The notes below the pieces were generated by a model. The model was not told where the DNA came from and ran no database searches. It was given only the letters and a program-made list of their open reading frames with translations. Position numbers and translations under genes: made by a program. A stretch of DNA of 60,978 bases, the filler included. It is 7 parts of 7 records of this genome, joined end to end, with 100 filler letters (N's around TTAATTAATTAA, not from the genome) between each part and the next. Parts side by side here need not be neighbours in the genome. Positions count along the whole stretch, not along the records: positions 9,423 to 17,615 come from SRR31156797_16490; positions 17,716 to 27,241 come from SRR31156797_16496; 5 more parts are not named here. One strand, 5' to 3'. Position 1 is the stretch's first letter. Each line of letters begins with the position of its first letter. Below are positions 9,424 through 18,942 of this stretch, one piece after another.

Positions 9424-10410
9424 AGTATTCTTATTGCAATTGGTACTTCTTTAAAATTGCCTTTATCTACAACTTATGTAACCTTTATGGTAGCTATGGG
9501 TACTTCGTTATCGGATAGAGCTTGGGACAGAGAGAGTGCCGTTTATCGTATTTCGGGTGTGTTTGCCGTAATTGGCGGATGGTTTTTGACTGCCTTAATT
9601 GCGTTTACAGTTGCCGGAACAATTGCTTTAATAATTTCCTTAAGCGGAAAATATATGGTATTTGTTTTTGTTGGGGTGGCGGTGTTTATGGTTATTCGTA
9701 CTCAAATTTTATTCCGTAAAAGAGCAGAAGACAAAGCGGTTGAAGAGGAAGATGCCATTGAAGAAGAAGATGCCGCGGAGGTAATAATTGCAAAAAGCGA
9801 AAAACAAATAGTTAAAGTCTTGACAAATACCAGCTCTGTTTTAATAAACGGAATGGATAGCTTTTTGAAAGAAGACAGAGCAGGGCTTAAAAAGGCAGAA
9901 GAAGAATGTAAAACGCTTTCGAAAAAGGCCAAGCGAAATAAAGATCGTGTGTTTAAAGTTGCACAGAAATTAATGGATAATTCTGCAGAAACCACTCACT
10001 TCTATGTTCAGATGGTTGAGCATAAGCGTGAAATGGCACATTCAATCCATTTTATGCTTGAGCCAATGATTACACATGTTGAAAACAATCATAAGCCGTT
10101 TATCGAAGATCAATCTGCAGAGCTTAACAAGATGATGGATAAAGTTGGTGTATATCTTGAGAATATTTTGGCAACGGTAAAAGACGAAAACTTCGATAAT
10201 CTTGACAATTTGGTTGTCGAGAAAGATAGTATAATCGAACTACTCCGTGAAATAGAAAAGAATCAGTTTAAACGCGTTAAACAGCAATTAGTGAATACGC
10301 GTAACTCACAATTATTCTTTAAAATTAATACTGAAATTGAGAGCCTCATTCATCATGCTATTAATATGGTAAAATCGGAACGCGATTTTATATTGAATAC
10401 ACGACAATAA
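9424..10410 (+). CDS. Inorganic phosphate transporter (PiT family, Bacteroidota type with C-terminal PhoU-like helical domain), 5'-truncated
   Basis: Frame open from the contig edge (SILIAIGTSLKLPLSTTYVTFMVAMGTSLSDRAW); clearly paralogous to the 15892 gene. Confidence 0.85.
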   Translation, partial: SILIAIGTSLKLPLSTTYVTFMVAMGTSLSDRAWDRESAVYRISGVFAVIGGWFLTALIAFTVAGTIALIISLSGKYMVFVFVGVAVFMVIRTQILFRKRAEDKAVEEEDAIEEEDAAEVIIAKSEKQIVKVLTNTSSVLINGMDSFLKEDRAGLKKAEEECKTLSKKAKRNKDRVFKVAQKLMDNSAETTHFYVQMVEHKREMAHSIHFMLEPMITHVENNHKPFIEDQSAELNKMMDKVGVYLENILATVKDENFDNLDNLVVEKDSIIELLREIEKNQFKRVKQQLVNTRNSQLFFKINTEIESLIHHAINMVKSERDFILNTRQ

Positions 10411-10430
10411 ATTTTTACGAAATAACTTAT

Positions 10431-10460
10431 AAGGCCGGGCAGTAGTGTTCGGCCTTTTTT
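10431..10460 (+). terminator. Rho-independent terminator
   Basis: AAGGCCGGGCA-GTAG-TGTTCGGCCTT followed by a T-tract. Confidence 0.75.
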
Positions 10461-10623
10461 ATGCCCCAGTGCGTAATTCATGTATTTCTGGCAGCAGATT
10501 AAAAAAGTGTTACATAATAATTAATACGATCTTATCTTTTTTAATAGGCTTTTAATTGAACTGCAATCGGTTTCAATACTCTAATTCCGACATTTGCATC
10601 ATTAAAAATTAACCAGATATCAA

Positions 10624-13398
10624 ATGAAGAAGTTATCAATTCTATTTTCTCTAATTTTCTTAATCAGTTCATTTAATCTAATGGCTGAAAACGAGGACGA
10701 AAACGCAGCAAACAAAGGAACTATTGCCGGTAGGGTAGTAGATGCCGATCATTTGCCTCTACCTGGGGCAGCAGTTGTTATCGAAAAATTACACAAAGGT
10801 GCCGTTACCGATGTTAACGGTTTTTATCGTATTACATCGCTTAATCCTGGCGATTATGAATTAAAAGTATCGTACATCGGTTTTAAAGAAGACGAAAAGA
10901 CAATTACGGTTACCGGGGGTAAAACAGTAGAACTAAATTTTGAACTTAACGCGGGTATTGATATTGAAGAAGTTGTAATTAATGGTTCGTTGCAGGGGCA
11001 GTCGAAAGCACTTAACCAGCAAAAAAACAGCATGAATATTACCAATATTATTTCTTCCGATCAAGTGGGGCGTTTTCCTGATCAGAATGTGGGTGATGCG
11101 CTAAAACGTATTCCCGGTATCAATGTACAGTACGACCAGGGCGAAGCACGTTTTGGAAACATTCGCGGTATGGCTCCTGAGTTTAACTCGGTTACTGTTA
11201 ATGGTGATCGTATCCCATCGGCAGAAGCCGAAATTCGTGCCATTCAGCTCGACCTTATCCCTTCGGATATGGTACAGAGTATTGAAGTGAACAAAGTTGT
11301 TACTCCGGATATGGATGCTGATGCCATTGGTGGTTCGGTAAATCTGGTAACAAAAAGTGCGCCTTACAAACGTCGTATTTCCGGAACTGTTGGAGGTGGT
11401 TATAACTTTCTTTCAGACAAGGCCGATGCAAATGTATCGCTGGTTTATGGCGACCGTTTTTTAAACGATAAATTAGGCATGGTGCTTTCGGGCTCTTACC
11501 AGAACATTCAGTTAGGTTCGCACAATATAGAGGGTGAATGGGACGAAGACGACGGCGAAATTTTTATGTCCGATTTCCAGATCCGTACTTACAATGTTCA
11601 GCGCGAGCGCCAAAGTTATTCAGCTTCGTTTGATTACACTTTTAATGCCAACCATAAAATTGAATTTAAAAGTATTTTCAACCACCGTAAAGACTGGGAA
11701 AATCGCTACCGCCTACGTTTTAAAGATATTGAAGAAGATGATGGTCAGTGGGTAACTGAAATCCGTCGTCAAACAAAAGGTGGAGTTGGCGATAATAAAA
11801 ACGCCCGTCTGGAAGACCAGAAAGCTATGAATTTTGCTTTAAATGGTGAACACCATTTTGGTGCTGTAGAATTTAACTGGAAAGGTTCTTATGCAAAAGC
11901 ATCAGAAGATCGCCCGAATGAAAGGTATGTTTCGTATCGACATAAGGATGTGGTAATTAACCCGGATCTTTCAGATACAAAAAAACCCTATATGAATGTT
12001 GTTACCGAAACAGCAAAAGACTTGAATAGCGAATGGGGATTGAAAGAATTAACTGAAGAGCACCAGTATACCGATGATATTGATAAAAACTTCAAATTGA
12101 ATGTTTCTTTCCCATGGTTAGCTGGCGACTATAAGAACAGGATTAAAATTGGTGCCAGCTACAAAGGCAAAGAAAAGAAACGCGATAACGAATTTTTCGA
12201 GTACGAACCAACTGACGAAGATGGTTTTGATGCCGATGCCATTGCCAGCAAACAAGATCAAAGTAACAGCGATTTTGAAGCGGGAAGTAAATACCAGGCC
12301 GGGCACTTTGTGTCAAAAGAGTTCGTTGGTGACCTTAACCTAAATAATGGTTTCGAAAAAACAGAAGTACTGGAAGAACTGGCCGGAAACTTCGATGCAA
12401 AAGAAGATATTTATGCTACATACCTGCGTTTAGACCAAAGTTTCGGACGTAATTTTGATGTAGTTGCTGGTGTTCGCCTGGAAGCAACAAGTTTGGAATA
12501 TACTGGTCGCGAGTTTGTAATTGATGAAGAAGGTGATGAAGACTTATTGGTTACACCAACAGAAACCGATGATTATCTTAATATTCTTCCAAGTTTAATT
12601 GGTAAATATTCTTTTAGTAAAAACACTAAACTGAAATTTGCCTGGACCAACACCATTGCCCGTCCACGTTACTACGACCTGGTACCCCACGTTGAGATTA
12701 ATATGGAAGACCTGGAAGCTGAAATCGGTAATCCGGAACTGGAGCCAACAAAATCGATGAACTTCGACCTGATGTTTGAGCATTATTTTAACACCATCGG
12801 TCAGGTTTCAGCTGGTGTGTTTTATAAAGACATTACCAATTTTATTGTAACACAAGAATTGCGCGACTACGAATATGCCGGCACTGTTTACGATAAATTT
12901 AAAAAACCTGAAAATGCTGGCGATGCTAACCTTTATGGATTTGAATTTGCCTTTCAGCGTCAGTTCGATTTTCTTCCTGGCATTTTAAAACAAACAGGTT
13001 TTTATGGAAATTACACTTATACACACTCAGAAGTGAAAAATTTCAACCTGGAAGGTAGAGAAGACGAAGATATGTCTTTGCCCGGAACTCCTGAGAATAC
13101 CTTAAATGCATCGTTGTATTACGAAGGTAAAAAACTTACTTTAAGAGCTTCGTTCAATTATGCCGATGCCTTTATTGATGAAGTTGGGGACGATAAATTT
13201 TTCGATCGTTGGTATGACAAAGTAACTTATCTTGATTTTAATGCAAATTATTCGTTCACTAAAAATTTAAATGCTTTCTTCGAGGTAAATAATTTATTAA
13301 ATCAACCCTTACGTTATTACCAGGGTTCGTCAGATTATATGATGCAAGAAGAGTATTACAACCGTAAAATCTTCTTCGGACTTAAATTTGATTTTTAA
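10624..13398 (+). CDS. TonB-dependent receptor (phytase-associated type)
   Basis: Signal peptide, carboxypeptidase-regulatory-like N-domain, plug (DALKRIPGINV, IEVNKVVTPDMDADAIGGSVNL), GNPELEP and C-terminal aromatic (GLKFDF); no SusD partner. Confidence 0.93.
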   Translation: MKKLSILFSLIFLISSFNLMAENEDENAANKGTIAGRVVDADHLPLPGAAVVIEKLHKGAVTDVNGFYRITSLNPGDYELKVSYIGFKEDEKTITVTGGKTVELNFELNAGIDIEEVVINGSLQGQSKALNQQKNSMNITNIISSDQVGRFPDQNVGDALKRIPGINVQYDQGEARFGNIRGMAPEFNSVTVNGDRIPSAEAEIRAIQLDLIPSDMVQSIEVNKVVTPDMDADAIGGSVNLVTKSAPYKRRISGTVGGGYNFLSDKADANVSLVYGDRFLNDKLGMVLSGSYQNIQLGSHNIEGEWDEDDGEIFMSDFQIRTYNVQRERQSYSASFDYTFNANHKIEFKSIFNHRKDWENRYRLRFKDIEEDDGQWVTEIRRQTKGGVGDNKNARLEDQKAMNFALNGEHHFGAVEFNWKGSYAKASEDRPNERYVSYRHKDVVINPDLSDTKKPYMNVVTETAKDLNSEWGLKELTEEHQYTDDIDKNFKLNVSFPWLAGDYKNRIKIGASYKGKEKKRDNEFFEYEPTDEDGFDADAIASKQDQSNSDFEAGSKYQAGHFVSKEFVGDLNLNNGFEKTEVLEELAGNFDAKEDIYATYLRLDQSFGRNFDVVAGVRLEATSLEYTGREFVIDEEGDEDLLVTPTETDDYLNILPSLIGKYSFSKNTKLKFAWTNTIARPRYYDLVPHVEINMEDLEAEIGNPELEPTKSMNFDLMFEHYFNTIGQVSAGVFYKDITNFIVTQELRDYEYAGTVYDKFKKPENAGDANLYGFEFAFQRQFDFLPGILKQTGFYGNYTYTHSEVKNFNLEGREDEDMSLPGTPENTLNASLYYEGKKLTLRASFNYADAFIDEVGDDKFFDRWYDKVTYLDFNANYSFTKNLNAFFEVNNLLNQPLRYYQGSSDYMMQEEYYNRKIFFGLKFDF

Positions 13399-13442
13399 GA
13401 ATTGGTCTGATACCAGGAATTAATTACATTTTATAATATTGG

Positions 13443-13477
13443 GCTGAGAATTTGAATTTTCAAATTCTCAGCTTTTT
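13443..13477 (+). terminator. Strong stem-loop/terminator between receptor and phytase
   Basis: GCTGAGAATTTGAA-TT-TTCAAATTCTCAGC followed by TTTTT. Confidence 0.7.
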
Positions 13478-13494
13478 ACATAAAAAACAAGACA

Positions 13495-14589
13495 ATGAAT
13501 ATTTTGGTAAATCGTATTTTTCTGTGCGGAATTATAGTAGCAACTTTAATTTCGTGCGAAGTAAACCGACCAAGCGAGGGATCGAAAAAGGCAGGGGAAC
13601 ACATTAAAAACATTGTAAAACCTATTGCTGAAACCGAACCGGTGCCACAAAGTAAAAACGAAGATTCGGCCGATGACCCGGCCATTTGGATCGATACTAC
13701 CAATGTGGAAAATTCGTTTGTTATCGGAACCGATAAAAAGGGCGGTTTAGGCACCTACGACCTGGAAGGGAAATTGCTAAATTATTACCCCGACGGAAAC
13801 ATGAACAACGTAGATTTGCGTACCGGGTTTATGCTGGGCGATCAAACAATCGATGTTTTGGCTTCAAGTAATCGCAGTTCGCACTCCATTTCGTTGTACA
13901 GCGTAAAACCGGGTGGTGTGTTGGAACAAATTCATGCCCGCACCATTGTTTCCGAAATGGAAGATGATGTGTATGGCCTGGGAATGTACCAAAGTCCTAA
14001 AACCGGTAAATTTTATGTGTATTTAAATAGCAAAGCCGGCGAAATAGAACAATGGGAACTTTTTGCCAGTAAAGGTAAAATAGATGCCAAACTGGCTCGT
14101 GCATTTAATTTACAAACACAAACCGAAGGAGTTGTTGCCGACGATACTTTTGGCGTGGTATACATAGGCGAAGAAGTTGCCGGAATTCATAAGTTTGATG
14201 CAGAACCCGACGGATCGCCGGAAGGTAAACTGATACCATTTAGTTCTGAAGAAAACAATAATATCCGCTTTGATATTGAAGGTTTAACCATTTACGACTC
14301 TGGAAACGGCGAGGGATACCTGATCGCTTCTTCACAAGGAAATTACTCGTATGCTGTTTTCGAACGTCAGGGCGATAACAAGTACCTGGGTAGCTTTCGG
14401 ATTTTAGACGGAGATGTTGACGGTGTAGAAGAAACCGACGGAATAGATGTAACCAACGTGCCTCTGGGCGACAAATTCCCAAAAGGAATGTTTGTGGTAC
14501 AAGATGGGTATAATTACGACGGAGAAGAACTGCTTAGTCAAAACTTTAAATACATCTCATGGGAGGATATTGAGAAGTTATTTAAGTAA
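13495..14589 (+). CDS. phy: Beta-propeller phytase (3-phytase), predicted lipoprotein
   Basis: DSADDPAIW, GTDKKGGL, NMNNVDLR, EGVVADD, DIEGLTIY, ASSQGN, ETDGIDV, VVQDG and QNFKY motifs; lipobox LISC. Confidence 0.95.
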   Translation: MNILVNRIFLCGIIVATLISCEVNRPSEGSKKAGEHIKNIVKPIAETEPVPQSKNEDSADDPAIWIDTTNVENSFVIGTDKKGGLGTYDLEGKLLNYYPDGNMNNVDLRTGFMLGDQTIDVLASSNRSSHSISLYSVKPGGVLEQIHARTIVSEMEDDVYGLGMYQSPKTGKFYVYLNSKAGEIEQWELFASKGKIDAKLARAFNLQTQTEGVVADDTFGVVYIGEEVAGIHKFDAEPDGSPEGKLIPFSSEENNNIRFDIEGLTIYDSGNGEGYLIASSQGNYSYAVFERQGDNKYLGSFRILDGDVDGVEETDGIDVTNVPLGDKFPKGMFVVQDGYNYDGEELLSQNFKYISWEDIEKLFK

Positions 14590-14609
14590 AAACAAAGCTA
14601 TCTTTCATG

Positions 14610-14646
14610 AAAACGCTCCGTATTACTTTTAATGCGGAGCGTTTTT
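14610..14646 (+). terminator. Rho-independent terminator
   Basis: AAAACGCTCCGTATTA-CTTT-TAATGCGGAGCGTTTTT. Confidence 0.8.
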
Positions 14647-14723
14647 ATTTTATTCGTAACAGTTGTGCAATGCCGGCTTAATAGTTATTGTTCAAATTTG
14701 CTGAAGAGTGCAATGTCTTCTTC

Positions 14724-15719
14724 ATGGGAATAAAAATTCTATATGCAATTCAGGGTACAGGTAACGGGCACCTGGCCAGGGCTACCGAAATAATACCAAT
14801 TCTCCGGGAATTTGGTGAAACTGATATTTTAGTGAGTGGTATTCAGGGCGACTTAAAATTGCCTTTCGAGGTAAAGTATAAGCGCTATGGATTTAGCTTT
14901 ATTTTTGGCAAAAAAGGTGGGGTTGATATTTGGAAGACCATTCTAAAAATGAAACTTTTCCGTTTACTCAACGATATTTGCAAATTGCCGGTAAAGGATT
15001 ATGATCTTGTAATTAACGATTTTGAACCCGTAGCGGCCTGGGCTTGTAAATTAAAACGTAAAAACTGCATCGGACTAAGTCATCAAAATGCAGTGCTCCA
15101 CAAAAAAGCAGTTAGGCCAGATAAAGGAAACTGGCTGGGAGAAGTAATATTGAAGCATTATGCCCCTGCCAAAACAAAGTATGGTTTTCATTTTCAGGCT
15201 TTCGATAAGCAGAATTTTACCCCGGTAGTCCGCTCGGCTATCCGCAAAGCAGTTTTAAAAAACAAAGGGCATTATACGGTGTATTTACCTGCTTTTAGCG
15301 ATGATGAAATAAAAGGGATACTTTCCAATTTCCCACATATAACCTGGGAAGTATTTACAAAGCATAACAAAAAAGTATACCGGGAAGGAAATATATATTT
15401 TCAGCCGGTTTCACTCGAGGGCTTTCACACTTCCTTTATTAACAGTAAAGGCATCCTGTGTACTGCCGGATTTGAAACACCTGCCGAAGCTCTTTTTATG
15501 GGTAAAAAACTTTTGGTGATTCCGATGAGAAATCAGTACGAACAAGCTTGTAATGCGGCTATGTTAAAAGATATGAGAATTGAAGTGATTGATGATTTGA
15601 GAAAAAGCAAATTAGAACTGGCTGCCTGGCTACAAAATGAAAAGGTTTTAAAAATTACATATCTGGATGAAACGCACGAAATAATCCAACAAATTGTTAA
15701 AAGTAGTGGTGTTTTGTAA
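14724..15719 (+). CDS. Glycosyltransferase (MJ1255/VC2487-like, GT-B fold)
   Basis: KILYAIQGTGNGH, INDFEPVAAWA, AGFETPAEAL and NQYEQACNA; ATG 14724 preferred over TTG 14688. Confidence 0.85.
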   Translation: MGIKILYAIQGTGNGHLARATEIIPILREFGETDILVSGIQGDLKLPFEVKYKRYGFSFIFGKKGGVDIWKTILKMKLFRLLNDICKLPVKDYDLVINDFEPVAAWACKLKRKNCIGLSHQNAVLHKKAVRPDKGNWLGEVILKHYAPAKTKYGFHFQAFDKQNFTPVVRSAIRKAVLKNKGHYTVYLPAFSDDEIKGILSNFPHITWEVFTKHNKKVYREGNIYFQPVSLEGFHTSFINSKGILCTAGFETPAEALFMGKKLLVIPMRNQYEQACNAAMLKDMRIEVIDDLRKSKLELAAWLQNEKVLKITYLDETHEIIQQIVKSSGVL

Positions 15720-15891
15720 AGTAAATATTGCAGCCAAATTATTATCTATTTATTAATAAATTCTTAACCATATATTATTAATAAACCCCTACAATTGATT
15801 GGTTTAATTTGAACAATGCCGAAAATTTAAGTAAATGAGCAACAACGATTTACGATTGGGTTAAACCATTAATAAAAACTAAAAACCAGAT

Positions 15892-17615
15892 ATGGGAAAC
15901 TTATTTTTGTTTATTGTTATAATTATGTTTTTACTGGCAATAACCGACCTTATTGTGGGGGTTAGTAACGATGCTGTAAACTTTTTAAACTCGGCCATTG
16001 GTGCAAAAGCGGCTTCGTTTAAACGGATTATGATTATTGCAAGTATTGGGATTATGTTTGGCTCGGTTTGTTCCAGCGGAATGATGGAAGTTGCAAGAAG
16101 AGGCGTTTTTAACCCGCAATTCTTCACCATAGAGGAGATAATGTTCCTGTTTGCAGCAGTAATGCTTACCGATATTATTTTACTTGATTTCTACAATACG
16201 ATTGCTTTACCTACCTCAACAACCGTTTCGATTGTGTTCGAGCTTTTGGGTTCGGCAATTGCCATTTCTTTTTTCTCTGTACTGCGGAGCGAGAGTTCAA
16301 TTGTACATTGGGGAAGCTATATTAATGGATCGAAAGCTATAATTATTATTGTTGGAATTTTTTTATCGGTGGCCGTAGCTTTTGTTGTTGGGTGGTTGGT
16401 TCAATACATTACCCGGGTAATTGTTTCGTTTGAATTAAGGAAAACAATGAGGGGCTTTGGTGCTGTTTTTGGCGCTGCTTCGGTGGCATTAATTGTAGTT
16501 TTTATTGTTTTAAAAGGGCTAAAGGGATTACCATTTATTTCAGGCGATGCACTTAAAAGCATAAAAGAAAATGTCGGCATTATTAGCCTGGTAGGTTTTG
16601 GATTGTCGTTTGTGGCTTTTCAATTACTTATTAGCTGGAGAAATTTTAATGTTTACAGATTTATAACCTTATTAGGAACTTTTGCATTGGCTATGGCTTT
16701 TGCAAGTAACGACCTGGTGAATTTTATTGGGGTTCCAATTGCCAGTTTCGATTCGTTTATGGATTGGAGAAACTCGGGCATTGAACCCAATAAATACCTG
16801 ATGGATTCACTGGCAGAACCGGTACAAACCAATCCGCTGTTTTTAATTGGCGCTGGTGTGGTAATGACTATAACGCTATGGTTTTCGAAGAAAGCACGGT
16901 CGGTAGTAAAAACCTCGGTAAACCTTGGGCGTCAGGATGAAGGAGCCGAGCGGTTTAAAGCCAACGAAGTTTCAAGAAGCATTGTTAAAGTTGTTTCTGC
17001 CATGAGTCTAGCTATAGGTAAAGTTCTTCCCGAATCGCTGAGAAATAAAATAGACCAGCGGTTTATTGATCGAAACGAAGAAGAATATGAGGATCGAGAT
17101 GACAAGCCGGCATTTGATATGGTGCGCGCATCGGTGAATTTAATTGTCGCTGCTGCCATTATTTTAGGAGCGACCACCTTAAAACTTCCACTTTCAACCA
17201 CTTTTGTTTCGTTTATGGTTTTAATGGGTACCTCGCTGGCAGATAAAGCCTGGGCTCAGGGAAGTGCAGTTTACAGAGTCGCAGGAGTTTTAACAGTAGT
17301 TGGAGGTTGGTTTCTTACAGCTATTATTGCCTTAACGGTTTCCATTATTTTTGCATCTCTACTTTTTAATTTTAAGGTTTATGCTTTGGTAACGCTTGTA
17401 GTGGCGGCTATACTGCTTATTTTCAAAAGCTATATTTTTTATCGTCACCATCGCTACAAAGCCGAAGTAAACCTAGAATTGGCAGATGAGTGGTTTAAAT
17501 CCGATTTTTTTGATATTGAAGCTGAAGTGCGTACCAAGCTGGCTTTTATAATAGAGCGATACGAAGAAACCTATCAGAAAGTATTGGATGCTTTAATTGC
17601 CGGCGAACGGCGCGA
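15892..17615 (+). CDS. Inorganic phosphate transporter (PiT family), 3'-truncated
   Basis: PiT signatures GVSNDAVNF and FASNDLVNFIG, plus LPTSTT and LPLSTT; runs into the spacer. Confidence 0.9.
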
Positions 17616-17715
17616 NNNNNNNNNNNNNNNNNNNNNNNNNNNNNNNNNNNNNNNNNNNNTTAATTAATTAANNNNNNNNNNNNNNNNNNNNNNNNNNNNN
17701 NNNNNNNNNNNNNNN
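17616..17715. other. Artificial contig-joining spacer
   Basis: N-run with TTAATTAATTAA. Confidence 0.99.
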
Positions 17716-17717
17716 TT

Positions 17718-18869
17718 TTCGAAGATCAAATGGAAGCTATCGAAATTAGTAGCCAAAAAAGAGGTGACGAAGAAGTGGATTTGGCCTTACTTACCGACGG
17801 CTTAAGAGCAGAACGTGAGCAGGGAATTACAATTGACGTTGCGTACCGATATTTTGCAACTCCTAAAAGAAAATTTATTATTGCTGATACTCCTGGACAC
17901 ATTCAGTATACCAGAAACATGGTAACCGGTGCTTCTACGGCTAATGCAGCTTTAATTTTGGTTGACGCACGTAATGGTGTTATTGAACAAACATTGCGTC
18001 ACTCATATATTGCGAACTTATTACAAATTCCTCATTTAATTGTTTGTATCAACAAAATGGACTTGGTTGATCATTCAGAGGAAACTTACAATAAGATTAA
18101 GGAAGATTATCAGAAAGTTGCTGAGAAATTGAATATTAAAGATGTTCGTTTCATTCCTATTTCGGCAAAATTTGGCGATAATGTTGTTGATCCATCTGAA
18201 AATATGGATTGGTACAAGGGTGAAACTTTGTTGAATTTGTTGGAAACTATTGAAATTGTTGATGATAGAAACCATTCGGATGCAAGATTCCCTGTACAAT
18301 ACGTAATTCGTCCTCAGTCTGATGAATATCACGATTACAGAGGGTATGCAGGTAGAGTTGCCAGTGGTGTTTTCAGACCAGGAGATAAGGTGAAAATATT
18401 GCCGTCAGGTTTGGATACAACTTTAAAATCAATTGATACTTTCGATGGAGAAATTGATATGGCATTTCCACCACAATCAGTAACTTTAACTTTAAGTGAG
18501 GATATCGATATTTCGAGAGGAGATATGATTGTTTCTGCTGAAAATGCACCTAAAGTTGTGCAAGAAGTTGAGGCAATGGTATGTTGGATGAACGAGAGAG
18601 CAATGATGCCTCGTGGTAAATACACCATTAAACACACTTCGAATGAGACTCGTTGTATGATTCGTGATGTGAAATTTAAGGTGAATGTAAACACTCTTGA
18701 AGAGATGACTGATGACAAGCAAGTTGGTTTGAACGATATTGCTTGTATTAGCTTTAAATCAGCAAAACCATTATTTGTTGACTCCTACAATGATAACAGA
18801 ATCACTGGCAGTTTCATCATGATTGATGAAGGGACAAACGAAACCGTTGCTGCTGGGATGATCATATAA
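17718..18869 (+). CDS. cysN: Sulfate adenylyltransferase subunit 1, 5'-truncated
   Basis: TDGLRAEREQGITIDVAYRYF, ADTPGHIQYTRNM, NKMD and RFPVQYVIRP; Walker A lies off-contig. Confidence 0.95.
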   Translation, partial: FEDQMEAIEISSQKRGDEEVDLALLTDGLRAEREQGITIDVAYRYFATPKRKFIIADTPGHIQYTRNMVTGASTANAALILVDARNGVIEQTLRHSYIANLLQIPHLIVCINKMDLVDHSEETYNKIKEDYQKVAEKLNIKDVRFIPISAKFGDNVVDPSENMDWYKGETLLNLLETIEIVDDRNHSDARFPVQYVIRPQSDEYHDYRGYAGRVASGVFRPGDKVKILPSGLDTTLKSIDTFDGEIDMAFPPQSVTLTLSEDIDISRGDMIVSAENAPKVVQEVEAMVCWMNERAMMPRGKYTIKHTSNETRCMIRDVKFKVNVNTLEEMTDDKQVGLNDIACISFKSAKPLFVDSYNDNRITGSFIMIDEGTNETVAAGMII

Positions 18870-18883
18870 TTTCCAATTAGAGG

Positions 18884-18930
18884 AAAATAAAAATGGCTGA
18901 CACTTTTGGTGTTAGCCATTTTTTTATTTG
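18884..18930. terminator. Bidirectional terminator between convergent genes
   Basis: AAAAATGGCTGACAC-TTTTG-GTGTTAGCCATTTTTTT. Confidence 0.8.
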
Positions 18931-18942
18931 ATGTTAATTAAC

